Assembly (NCBI GenBank): GCA_038253515.1
Contig: JBBSHB010000003.1
Span: 1 to 58,030 of the forward strand
Direction: 5' to 3'
Source of the DNA: Gemmatimonadales bacterium
Lineage (GTDB): Bacteria > Gemmatimonadota > Gemmatimonadetes > Gemmatimonadales > GWC2-71-9
Length of the DNA: 58,030 nt
Shown: one piece after another, positions 36,844 to 45,764 of the stretch
Layout: each line of letters begins with the position of its first letter
How positions within the stretch are numbered: position 1 is the stretch's first letter
The notes under the pieces: model-generated
What the model saw: only the letters and a program-made list of their open reading frames with translations
Database searches by the model: none
What the model was told of the DNA's origin: nothing
Program-made: the position numbers and the translations under genes

Positions 36844-37380
36844 TCACTCGTCCGGCAGCCGCCGGTCGAACAGCCGGCGTTCCCCGACCTGCCGTCGGTC
36901 AGGGCCGTGCCGCCGATCGCCCCCGAGTCGATCCTCCTCGGCTATCACCAGGGTACCCCGAGCCTCGCTCTGGGAATCGGCTCCGTGGGCCAGCAGATCT
37001 TCCGGGTCGGGCAGCCGGACCAGCCACGCGTCCCGCACCAGCTCGCCGCTTTGAACCAACCTGCTCACGGCGCGGCCCAACTCGGTCGATGGAAGCCCGG
37101 TCAGCACTGCGAGCGTGTCGGGGAGGAGGCCCGTCCGGCTGTCCGGATGTCCAGCGACCGCGGCGAGCACGAGCGTCTCGATACTTTCCGAGTCGTTCGA
37201 CATGATGAGGCTGAGTACGTCCTCCGTGGGGATGCCACCGGTGAACCAATTCGCCATGGCCGGGGCGAGTCGCTCGGCCAAGATCTCCGGGTCGGGGGCG
37301 AGGCTGGGAAATCGCGCAAGCGCCTCGCGAAGCGCCAAGCTCAGATTGCGGGTAGTCTGTGCGGGATCCTTGGGGCACAT
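36844..37380 (-). CDS. Hypothetical protein with winged-helix-like segment and DRR-rich tail
   Basis: ATG at 37380 is preceded by GGAGG. LAVLTGLPSTELGRAVSRLVQSGELV is wHTH-like, and the C-terminus reads GGDRRHGPDRRQVGERRLFDRR. Confidence 0.45.
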   Translation of the reverse strand: MCPKDPAQTTRNLSLALREALARFPSLAPDPEILAERLAPAMANWFTGGIPTEDVLSLIMSNDSESIETLVLAAVAGHPDSRTGLLPDTLAVLTGLPSTELGRAVSRLVQSGELVRDAWLVRLPDPEDLLAHGADSQSEARGTLVIAEEDRLGGDRRHGPDRRQVGERRLFDRRLPDE

Positions 37381-37815
37381 GGAGCCTCCGCCAGAAAGCG
37401 GGAGGTGGGAGAGGGGTAGCTCTAAGGTTTGGCAAACCCGCTGGCGCGTCAAGACGCCTGCGACGCAGGAGGCCCGAACCGGCACCGGCGATTGGCGCCG
37501 CGGCCCGTCAGAGAACGGTAACCGTCCGACCTACGCCCGTTTATGCGATACGGGTGCAATAGTTGTCGTCTGCCCGGCGCCACTGCAACATTTCATCTTC
37601 CTCGTACCCTTGCAGTTAGCGGGCAGGCCGGAGCCGCGACTCACCTCGACTCGGGCGGAACGACGGCGCGGAATCTGCATAGTTCTCTTCAACTCGCTGA
37701 GCATCAGCAGGCGTCCAATTCTTCACCGGCATGCGATTCTCTCGACATCCGGTACCGATGCCGATACTGCGCTCACAGCCGTTCGTTCGCCGACACCTTT
37801 CCCCCGGGTGAGACC

Positions 37816-38403
37816 ATGGCCAAGTCGGAAAATCCGGATCACTACGAGGTCCTGCAGGTATCACCTCGGGCCGATAACGAGACGATCCAACGGATTTTCC
37901 GGCACCTGGCCAAACGCTTTCACCCGGACAATACGGAGAGCGGCGACCCCGATCGCTTCAAGGTGGTGATGGAGGCGTTCCGGGTGCTCTCTCACCCAAA
38001 TCTGCGGGCCAAGTACGACGCGCAGTACGAGCAGATCCGCGAATCACACTGGCGGATCTTCGATCAGGAGACCTCCGTCAGCGATGTCGCCGCGGATCGC
38101 CGGATCCGGGTGGCGGCCCTCTCCCTTCTTTACGCCGCCCGCCGTAACGACCCCGACCGCCCGGGCATCGGCGTGGTGGAGCTCGAGCGCATCCTGGGGT
38201 GCCCGGAGCAGCACATGAAGTTCCACCTCTGGTACCTCAGGGAGAATGGCTGGATTCAGCGCACCGAGAGCGGGGCGTTCGCCATCACCGCCATCGGGGT
38301 GGATCGGGTGCTCGAACTCGGCGGGCCCGCGAAGAACGGCGTGCCGTTGCTTGAGGCGGGAGACGAGCCCGTAGTCGCAGCGTACCGGAACGGGTCAGGC
38401 TGA
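37816..38403 (+). CDS. J-domain protein with C-terminal winged-helix-like domain
   Basis: M92 of track ORF 37543..38403. DHYEVLQVSPRADNETIQRIFRHLAKRFHPDN carries the HPD motif. The C-terminal ILGCPEQHMKFHLWYLRENGWIQR is wHTH-like. There is no G/F or zinc-finger region. Confidence 0.8.
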   Translation: MAKSENPDHYEVLQVSPRADNETIQRIFRHLAKRFHPDNTESGDPDRFKVVMEAFRVLSHPNLRAKYDAQYEQIRESHWRIFDQETSVSDVAADRRIRVAALSLLYAARRNDPDRPGIGVVELERILGCPEQHMKFHLWYLRENGWIQRTESGAFAITAIGVDRVLELGGPAKNGVPLLEAGDEPVVAAYRNGSG

Positions 38404-38409
38404 TACACC

Positions 38410-38424
38410 GTCTCCTCGGGAGAC
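38410..38424 (+). terminator. Short stem-loop 7 nt after the J-domain gene stop
   Basis: GTCTCC-TCG-GGAGAC has a 6-bp stem, a 3-nt loop and no U tract. Confidence 0.25.
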
Positions 38425-38598
38425 TCCATCGTGCCGACTCACGACCAACGGCGAATGCGTCCGGTTCCAGCGGGTCGTGCAGGTGACGGGAGAGGAGCTC
38501 AGGCGAAACAGGGGGCGTATCGTGATCCGATAATACCCGCGAGTGCCTGCGGCCCCTGCCTTCGCTCATTTTTCGTACAGTGTATCGCCCGACGACAC

Positions 38599-38627
38599 TT
38601 GACAGCCGCCCGTTTGATTCGCATTGT
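38599..38627 (+). promoter_or_regulatory. Candidate sigma70-type promoter (TTGACA-17-CATTGT)
   Basis: An exact -35 consensus at 38599-38604 has a 17-nt spacer to CATTGT, about 230 nt upstream of the DUF1111 gene start. This is a pattern match only. Confidence 0.2.
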
Positions 38628-38855
38628 GTGCCCGTCGCGAGCACCTGAAAACGAGATCGCGCCACCTCGGCGTCCGTTCCATCGCGATCGATCGGCTCTC
38701 GTCGCAGCTGCCCCCTCCAGCACTCATCGTTCTTCGTAAACACGCCTGACAGGCCGGGGGTTTTGGTCCTGTCGTGGCGCGCGACTCTCGTACTTCGGAG
38801 CCCCCTGAGCCGGAGGCACGACCGTGCAACCCTATTCTCTTAGTGTGGGGTCTCT

Positions 38856-40289
38856 ATGCCGCGGATACTCCTCGTTCTTCTCGCGCTCGGCGTCATCGGC
38901 TGCTCCGATGACACCAGCGTCATGGCGCCCGATCGCCCTGCGCTCGCATCGACCGACACGCTCTCCACGTCCACCCTGGAACTCTCGCTCGGCAGCCGGG
39001 GCCTCAGCGCCCGCACCGCCCTCTCCGGCGGCGCGACCACTGTCTTCGACGCCACGTCGGACGCCTTCTCGCTCCCCGCACCCAACCTGCAGGCGCTGAG
39101 CCTGGCGCGCCACGAAACCGGCGACGCCGAGTTCGAGATCGAATTCGTCCCCGCGCCGGCGGCGGCGAATGCCGGGCTGGGCCCGGTGTTCGACAACGTG
39201 TCCTGCGAGGCCTGCCACGAAGGGGATGGACGGGGCCGTCCGCCGGCCACTGGCGAGCCGTTCAGCTCGCTCCTCTTCCGTGCGAGCGTGGCGGGAAGCG
39301 GCCCCAACAACGCGCCTTTGGTGGTGACCGGCTTCGGAACTCAGCTCCAGCTCAAGGCAGTGCCGGATTTCACCCCGGAGGCCTATGCTGGTGTGTCGTA
39401 TGCCGACTCTACGGGCAGCTTCACGGACGGTACCGCATACCACCTCCAGGTGCCGCACTACACGGTCTACGGCGGCTATACGACGCTCCCGGCTGGAGTG
39501 TTGCTGTCCCCGCGAGTCGCTCCCTTCGTGTTCGGCCTCGGCCTGCTCGAGGCCGTGCCCGAGGCGGACGTGCTCGCGCTGGCCAGCAAGAAGGACCACA
39601 AGTTCAAGGTGTCGGGACGGCCGAACTATGTCTGGGACCAGGTCCTGCAGCGCACGGTGCTGGGGCGGTTCGGCTGGAAGGCGAACGCGCCGAACCTGGT
39701 GCAGCAGACCGCCGGCGCGTACAACGGTGACATGGGGATCACCTCGCCACTCTTCAGTGCGGAGTCCTGTGAAGGGGAGTACGAAGGGTGCGGGCCACAC
39801 CCGCCGGAAGTCGGCGAGCAGACCGTGCAGGATGTCGCGTTCTACACCCGCACCCTGGGGGTGCCTGCCCGACGCAACCTCGACGATCCGCAGACCCGAC
39901 AGGGCGAGGGCTTGTTCTACGCCGCCGGATGCGACGACTGCCACGCGCCGACGCTGCGCACCGGCGTGCTTCCGGGCATTCCGGAGGTCTCCAACCAGGT
40001 GATCCATCCCTACACCGACCTCCTGCTCCACGACATGGGCCCGGCCCTGGCGGATCAGCGGCCGGACTTCCTGGCCTCGGGGAGCGAGTGGCGAACACCG
40101 CCGCTCTGGGGTATCGGACTGGTGGAAACGGTGAACGAGCACACCAACTTCGTGCACGACGGGCGGGCGCGCTCGCTGCTCGAGGCGGTGCTCTGGCATG
40201 GGGGAGAAGCAGCGGCGGCGCGGGATCGAGTGCGCGGCATGTCGGCCAAGCAGCGGGCGGCGCTGGTGGCGTTCCTCGCCTCGCTCTGA
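38856..40289 (+). CDS. DUF1111-family di-heme oxidoreductase lipoprotein
   Basis: It has lipobox ALGVIGC and two CxxCH motifs (CEACH, CDDCH). FGWKANAPNL and the C-terminal LEAVLWHGGEA are typical of this family. Confidence 0.85.
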   Translation: MPRILLVLLALGVIGCSDDTSVMAPDRPALASTDTLSTSTLELSLGSRGLSARTALSGGATTVFDATSDAFSLPAPNLQALSLARHETGDAEFEIEFVPAPAAANAGLGPVFDNVSCEACHEGDGRGRPPATGEPFSSLLFRASVAGSGPNNAPLVVTGFGTQLQLKAVPDFTPEAYAGVSYADSTGSFTDGTAYHLQVPHYTVYGGYTTLPAGVLLSPRVAPFVFGLGLLEAVPEADVLALASKKDHKFKVSGRPNYVWDQVLQRTVLGRFGWKANAPNLVQQTAGAYNGDMGITSPLFSAESCEGEYEGCGPHPPEVGEQTVQDVAFYTRTLGVPARRNLDDPQTRQGEGLFYAAGCDDCHAPTLRTGVLPGIPEVSNQVIHPYTDLLLHDMGPALADQRPDFLASGSEWRTPPLWGIGLVETVNEHTNFVHDGRARSLLEAVLWHGGEAAAARDRVRGMSAKQRAALVAFLASL

Positions 40290-40310
40290 GCGACCTCGAG
40301 GCGCGGATCT

Positions 40311-40858
40311 CTACCGAGGCGGTCCGGGCCGCGGGGCCGTCGCCTCGAGCCAGAAGCGGGCCAGAAGCGAGGGCAGCGCGCCGCCCCAGACGCGCCAATC
40401 ATGTCCGCCGGGGACCTCGTGGTACTCGTACCGTGCGCCATAGGCGCGCAACGAATCGGTGAGCGCCCGGTTGCGGGGAAGAAAGGTGGAGAACGGGTCC
40501 CCGGTGCCGATGAGAAAGATAGAGATAGGGTAGCGCCGGAGCCGGCGTCCGGCGGAAGAGGACGAACGGATCGTGGGCTCGGCGGTGCGGATTGGGCTCG
40601 GGTCCGAACGCGGAGTCGATCGCGGGCAGCAGGCCCGCGCCGAGCGTGTCCTCCCGCTCGAGTGGGGACGGAACCGAGAGGGCACCGCTGAGCTTGGCGC
40701 CGGGGAGGACGACGATGATCGGGTAGCGCCGGAGGTCGCGGGTGAGGTCGGTCAGACGCAGCCAGTCGGTCTCGTCGCCGCCGTGGCCGTGCAGCAGCCA
40801 CAACACCGGGTACCGGAACGTCGAGTCGTAGCCCCTCGGGCAGTACCACCTGGTACAC
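40311..40858 (-). pseudogene. Esterase (PF00756 / esterase-D-like) pseudogene: at least 2 frameshifts plus internal deletion
   Basis: Homology is spread over three frames: VYQVVLPEG | YDSTFRYPVLWLLHGHGGDE...AIDSAFGPEPNPHRRA | YPISIFLIGTGDPF...YHEVPGGHDWRVW. The GxSxG nucleophile block is absent in all frames, and the total span is about 183 codons against about 260 expected. Confidence 0.6.
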
Positions 40859-40888
40859 CGCAGGGTGCCCGAGACTGGGTGCGACGAT

Positions 40889-41362
40889 TCACATCCGCCG
40901 CTCCATCAGGTCGTCGCGCACGGCAAAACCATGCCGGACATACAGGCTCCGACTCCGCGGCGTGGGCCACAGGATCACCGCGTCGACCGCCATCGCCTCA
41001 CATTCGCGCACGCACGCGGCCAGCAGCATCGAGCCGAGCCCGGCTCCACGGTGAGCGGGCTGCACGTAGAGACTGCTGATGTACCCATGGCGCTCGGGCT
41101 CCCCCACTGGATTGGGGAGCTTCTCGATGAGCTGGAGCCACGCACTGCCGACGATCCCTCCGGGTGCCTGGCCCACCCAGCAGCGCCAGCTCGCGTCCGG
41201 GCGGAGATGCTCCCGCATCCACCCGGTGCAGCGCTCGATAAACGCCGACTCCGGCTCCGCGGCCGGCTCGATGCCGGCCCGGAACTCGTAGCGCAGGCGA
41301 GCGAGCGCGGGGACATCGGGGAGCGCGGCAAGGCGGATGGCGATGGGAGCATCCAGGTTCAT
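40889..41362 (-). CDS. GNAT-family N-acetyltransferase
   Basis: 157 aa with HRGAGLGSMLL (Q/R-x-x-G-x-G/A acetyl-CoA motif). Confidence 0.85.
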   Translation of the reverse strand: MNLDAPIAIRLAALPDVPALARLRYEFRAGIEPAAEPESAFIERCTGWMREHLRPDASWRCWVGQAPGGIVGSAWLQLIEKLPNPVGEPERHGYISSLYVQPAHRGAGLGSMLLAACVRECEAMAVDAVILWPTPRSRSLYVRHGFAVRDDLMERRM

Positions 41363-41415
41363 CGGCCAGAAGATAACCGTCGCCGTGGCGGGGTGGCGGA
41401 GAGTAGATTCGAGCG

Positions 41416-42084
41416 ATGCGCCTCCTCCTGGTGGAAGACGATCCCGAGCTCGGGGCGGTGCTCGCTTCCGGTTTCGGCGAGCACGGACATCAGGTCGTCA
41501 GAGCCGCGAGCTACTCGGACGCCCGGACCCGGGTCCGACTGGGCAGCTTCGACGTGATCGTGCTCGACATCATGCTGCCCGGGGGAAGCGGCATCGACCT
41601 CTGTCGAGAGCTGCGAGCCGCCGGGGTCGCCACTCCGATTCTCATGCTGACCGCGCGCGATGCCCTGGACGACCGGGTCCTCGGTCTCGAGGTCGGGGCC
41701 GACGACTACCTCACCAAGCCCTTCGCGTTTCGTGAGCTGGTGGCGCGGGTCGGGGCGCTGGCCCGCCGCCGACCCACCCTGATCCCGAAAACCGTCCGGA
41801 TGGCCGATCTCGAAGTCGACCTGACCGCCCGGCGGGTGCGCCGGGCTACTCGTCCCATCGAGCTGACCGCCAAGGAGTTCGCCCTGCTCGAGTTCTTCCT
41901 GCTCCATCCCGATCAGGTGGTCGACCGTGCCGCGATCACCGCACACGTCTGGGATGAAAACCACGACCCGTTCACCAACGTGCTGGAGGTCCTGGTGCGG
42001 CGACTCCGCGCCAAGATCGACGACGAGTTCGAGCCGAAGCTCATCCATACGCTGCGCGGCGCTGGCTACCGCTTCGGGCCCTGA
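41416..42084 (+). CDS. OmpR/PhoB-family response regulator (CusR/CopR-like)
   Basis: MRLLLVEDD, DVIVLDIMLPG, LMLTARD and KPF are present, and the C-terminal winged helix ends in LIHTLRGAGYRF. Confidence 0.95.
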   Translation: MRLLLVEDDPELGAVLASGFGEHGHQVVRAASYSDARTRVRLGSFDVIVLDIMLPGGSGIDLCRELRAAGVATPILMLTARDALDDRVLGLEVGADDYLTKPFAFRELVARVGALARRRPTLIPKTVRMADLEVDLTARRVRRATRPIELTAKEFALLEFFLLHPDQVVDRAAITAHVWDENHDPFTNVLEVLVRRLRAKIDDEFEPKLIHTLRGAGYRFGP

Positions 42085-42099
42085 CCCCATGCGGCGCTC

Positions 42100-43398
42100 G
42101 TGACGCTCCAACCACTGGCCCGACTTCGTCTCCGCCTCACGGCGTGGTACGCGGCCACCTTCTGCGGCATCCTCGCCCTGCTCGGGGGCGGGCTCTTTGT
42201 CGTCATCCGGCACCAGCTCTCACGGCAGCTGGACGCCTCCCTGCTGGAGGCGACGGCGGAGCTGGTCCAAGCGGCCCGGATCCGGGAGATGGAAGCCCGC
42301 ACCGTACAAGGCGGTGTGGTCGACGCGGTGGACGAGCTCCACATTCCCGACCGGGCCCTGTATCTGGTCGACGTGGACGGGCGACCGGTGAAGCCGGCCC
42401 GGGCGGGCCCGTGGATCGAAGATGCCGGACGCCGTGCCGGACAGCTGGGACGCCTCGACGAGGAGCACGCGACCTTTGGGGAGGAGACCCTGCGGCTGCA
42501 TGCCGAACGCTTCCGGCTGTCCGGTGGCTCGCCGCTCGTCGCGATCGTGGTGGGGAACAACGTCGAGCTGCAGGATCGCTACGCGGCCCTCATCGCGGCG
42601 TTCGGCGGCGCGGGATTGGCCGCGCTCCTTCTGGTGGCGGCCGGGGGCTGGTTGCTGGTGCGGAAGTCGACCGCACCGGTCGAAGCCACGATCGAGCACA
42701 TGCGGCGCTTCATGGCCGATGCCGCGCACGAGCTGCGCACGCCTCTGACCGTGCTTCGAAGCCGGGCGGAAGTGACCCTGCAGCAGCCCCGCGAGCCGGC
42801 GGCCTATGTCTCCGCGCTCAGCGGAATCGAATCGGAAGCCAGGCGGCTGGGACGGATCGTCGAAGATCTCCTGACGCTCGCGCGGGCGGACACGGGCGAG
42901 CGCCCGATCGAGCGGCGGCGGATCTACCTGGACGATCTGGCGCTCGATGCCATCCAGGCGGCCCAGGCCGTCGCCGAGACCCAGAGGATCACCCTCGAGG
43001 TCGAAGAGTTCGCCGAGGCCCTGGTCGAAGGCGACGCCGCGCTGCTGCGGCAACTGATCATGATCCTGATGGACAATGCCGTGAAGTTCACCGAACCGGG
43101 CGGGCGGGTCCGCGTTCGGGTCGGCGGCCCCGCGCACCGGCCGTTCTTGACCGTAGAGGACAACGGGATCGGAATCCCCGGCGACCAGTTACCGCACATT
43201 TTCGAGCGCTTCTACCGCGGTGATCCGGCCCGGACCCGCAGCCAGCCTACGCGGGCCGGCGAGGGAGCGGGACTCGGGCTCGCGATCGCCCGGTGGATCA
43301 CCCGGGTACACGGCGCCGAGATCCAGGTGACCTCCGAGACCGGCCGGGGCACTCGCGTCGAGGTCCACTTCCCCGCCCCCGCCCCAGCCGCGCTGTAA
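42100..43398 (+). CDS. Sensor histidine kinase (CusS-like architecture)
   Basis: Two TM segments flank a periplasmic loop. The H-box is FMADAAHELRTPL, with an N box (MDNAVKFT) and G boxes (DNGIGI, GLGLAI). Confidence 0.9.
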   Translation: MTLQPLARLRLRLTAWYAATFCGILALLGGGLFVVIRHQLSRQLDASLLEATAELVQAARIREMEARTVQGGVVDAVDELHIPDRALYLVDVDGRPVKPARAGPWIEDAGRRAGQLGRLDEEHATFGEETLRLHAERFRLSGGSPLVAIVVGNNVELQDRYAALIAAFGGAGLAALLLVAAGGWLLVRKSTAPVEATIEHMRRFMADAAHELRTPLTVLRSRAEVTLQQPREPAAYVSALSGIESEARRLGRIVEDLLTLARADTGERPIERRRIYLDDLALDAIQAAQAVAETQRITLEVEEFAEALVEGDAALLRQLIMILMDNAVKFTEPGGRVRVRVGGPAHRPFLTVEDNGIGIPGDQLPHIFERFYRGDPARTRSQPTRAGEGAGLGLAIARWITRVHGAEIQVTSETGRGTRVEVHFPAPAPAAL

Positions 43399-43494
43399 TC
43401 CTCCTGACAGCTTCGAGGCTTATGGTTGCTCACCGCAAGCACGACGAGCGCCCGTCCGCCCACAGACCCGCTCCGGACTCGAACGGAGGCAGTC

Positions 43495-44745
43495 ATGACG
43501 CCACGCTTCCTCCTCCTCGTCTGCGCGGTCTGGCCGCTGCGCCTCGCCGCCCAGCGCCCGATCACGCTCGATGAGGCGATCCGGGAAGCGCGCGCGGCCA
43601 ACGCGGAGCTGCCGGTGTCCGCGCTCGGTGTGGATGTGGCGCGATCGCTGGTGAGGGAGGCGCAGGCCAGCCGCCGGCCGCGCCTGTCGGTCGAGAGCTG
43701 GGCGAGCGCGGGCGCGCCCCTCGCATACACGACCTCGCAGGGCCAGGCGTTGCTCGTGGCCGGCGACACGCTGCTCGACGGCGGGCTCCGGCGCGCCAAC
43801 ATCGAGGCTGGGCGCCACCGCATCGAGGTGGCCGGTGCCGGGTTCCGGATCGCGGAGAAGGACCTCGACCTCGCGGTTCGCATGCGTTTCAGCGAGCTCC
43901 TGAAAGCCGAGCACGAGATCACCTTCCGCCGGCAGGGCATCGATCGCCTCACGAGCTATCTCTCCCAAATCGAGGGCCGGAAGGCGGCCGGCCAGCCGGT
44001 CGGGAGCGACGTCCTCACGGCCCGGGTGCGGCTGGGGACGGAGGAGGCCACGCTCGCCGATGCGGATCGCGCGCTGGACGAGGCGAGGCTCGAGCTCAAC
44101 GATCTGATGGGGCGGGATCCAGCCGGGCCCTTGGCCCTCGCCCCCCTGCCGCTCCCCACCCCGCCCGAATCCCTGGCCGACACACCCTGGCTGACGACGC
44201 CCGAGGTGCGCCAGGCCGCGGCGAACCGCGCTGCGGCAGAGGCGAGCATCGGGGCGACCCGGGCAGAGCGCCGCCCCCTGTTGTCGGTCTCGGCGAACGT
44301 CGGAGTCCTGCCCCTGTTCGCCGACTCCAATGCAGGGACCGGCCTGAACAGCGGAAGCGGGTTCGGCGGCGCGGTCGTCCTGTCGCTCTCGTGGCCGATC
44401 TGGGATGGCGGCGTCTACCGCGCGCGCCTCGACCGCGCGCAGCTGGAGGCGCAGCAGGCGCGCAACTCCCAGATCGCCGTGCAGCGCCGGTCGCGCCTCG
44501 CCTGGCAGGTCGCCGCCGCTCAGCGGTGGCGGCTGTACCAGCAGGTGCAGGCGTGGGCCCGCAACGTCCCACTCGCGCGGGACGCGTATCTCCAGACTGA
44601 GAGCATGTACAACGGCGGCGCCGCCACGACGCTGGAGGTCCTGGACGCGTACGCGGCGTGGATCAACGCCAACGAGGCCTACGCCGATGCGTTACTGCGG
44701 TATCGGCTGGCCGAGGCCAACTCTCTCCGATGGGGTACCCCGTGA
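43495..44745 (+). CDS. TolC-family outer-membrane efflux protein
   Basis: ATG at 43495 is preceded by GGAGG, giving signal MTPRFLLLVCAVWPLRLAAQ. ITLDEAIREARAANAEL and the duplicated coiled-coil organisation fit the family. Confidence 0.85.
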   Translation: MTPRFLLLVCAVWPLRLAAQRPITLDEAIREARAANAELPVSALGVDVARSLVREAQASRRPRLSVESWASAGAPLAYTTSQGQALLVAGDTLLDGGLRRANIEAGRHRIEVAGAGFRIAEKDLDLAVRMRFSELLKAEHEITFRRQGIDRLTSYLSQIEGRKAAGQPVGSDVLTARVRLGTEEATLADADRALDEARLELNDLMGRDPAGPLALAPLPLPTPPESLADTPWLTTPEVRQAAANRAAAEASIGATRAERRPLLSVSANVGVLPLFADSNAGTGLNSGSGFGGAVVLSLSWPIWDGGVYRARLDRAQLEAQQARNSQIAVQRRSRLAWQVAAAQRWRLYQQVQAWARNVPLARDAYLQTESMYNGGAATTLEVLDAYAAWINANEAYADALLRYRLAEANSLRWGTP

Positions 44746-45764
44746 GGCGCTCGTATCCGACGACCTTTGCGCGCCGCGTGTGGACAGGCGCGGCCCTCGC
44801 CTCGGTGGCCGTGGCCGCCTGTTCAGGCCGGCAGACCGAGGCGGCGTCCCGCGCGCCCGTGACCGGCGATAGCGCCGCGGCGGCGACGCCGGTCCGGACG
44901 GCCGCTGTCAAGCGCGGCAATCTGGACGTGGTGGTGAGCGGGCCCGGCCGTACCGACGCGCTCGACGTGCATCAGGTCCGCGCGCCGTTCGCCGGCGCGC
45001 TGTCGTCGCTGGAGGTGGTGATCGGGGATCGCGTGGAGGGCGGACAGGTGATCGGCGCAGTCGTGGCGCAGGCCAGCCAGGCGGCGCTCACGGGGGCGGA
45101 AGCCATGCTGCGCTCGGCGGGAACGCCGGCTGAGCGCAGCGATGCCGAGCGCGCGCTCGAGCTCGCGAAGCAGAATCTCGTGCAGACGCCGCTGCACGCA
45201 CCCCGAGCCGGTGTGGTCGTGTCGCGGGCGGCGAGCGAGGGCGATTTGCTGACCCAGGGCGACAGCATCGTGAGCATCGCCAGCGCGCGCTCGGTCGTCT
45301 TCGTGGCCCGAATCACCCAGAGCGACCTCGGCCGGATCCGCACGGGGCAGGCGGCGACCATCGATCTCCCGGCGCGATCCGCGCCCCTCCAGGGGGCGGT
45401 GCACGGACTCCTGCCGGCCGACACCAGCGCCATGAGCGTCCCGGTCCGCCTCGACATCGGCACCGCCGGAGCGCCGATCACAGTGGGGCTGTTCGGAACG
45501 GCGCACATCACCGTGGTCAGGCACACCGGCGTGCCCATCGTGCCGGCCGCGGCCATCCTGCGGGACGACGTGAGCGGAGTGGCCCGGGTGGCGGTCGTGA
45601 CATCGGCGCACCGGGTGCACTGGGTCGGCGTGAGCACCGGCGTCCAGCAGGGGAATGACGTCGAGATCGTGACGCCGGCCCTCGCGCAGGGGCAGCGGGT
45701 GATCGTGTCGGGGCAGGTCGGGCTTCCCGAGGCGAGCAACGTGCGCGAGGCGGCGGCGCCATGA
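44742..45764 (+). CDS. Efflux RND periplasmic adaptor (MFP/HlyD family) lipoprotein
   Basis: GTG at 44742 overlaps the TolC stop (GTGA); the alternative is ATG at 44730. It has lipobox VAVAACS, with PFAGALSSLEVVIGDRVEGGQVIG and APRAGVVVS barrel-sandwich motifs. Confidence 0.85.
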   Translation: MRRSYPTTFARRVWTGAALASVAVAACSGRQTEAASRAPVTGDSAAAATPVRTAAVKRGNLDVVVSGPGRTDALDVHQVRAPFAGALSSLEVVIGDRVEGGQVIGAVVAQASQAALTGAEAMLRSAGTPAERSDAERALELAKQNLVQTPLHAPRAGVVVSRAASEGDLLTQGDSIVSIASARSVVFVARITQSDLGRIRTGQAATIDLPARSAPLQGAVHGLLPADTSAMSVPVRLDIGTAGAPITVGLFGTAHITVVRHTGVPIVPAAAILRDDVSGVARVAVVTSAHRVHWVGVSTGVQQGNDVEIVTPALAQGQRVIVSGQVGLPEASNVREAAAP

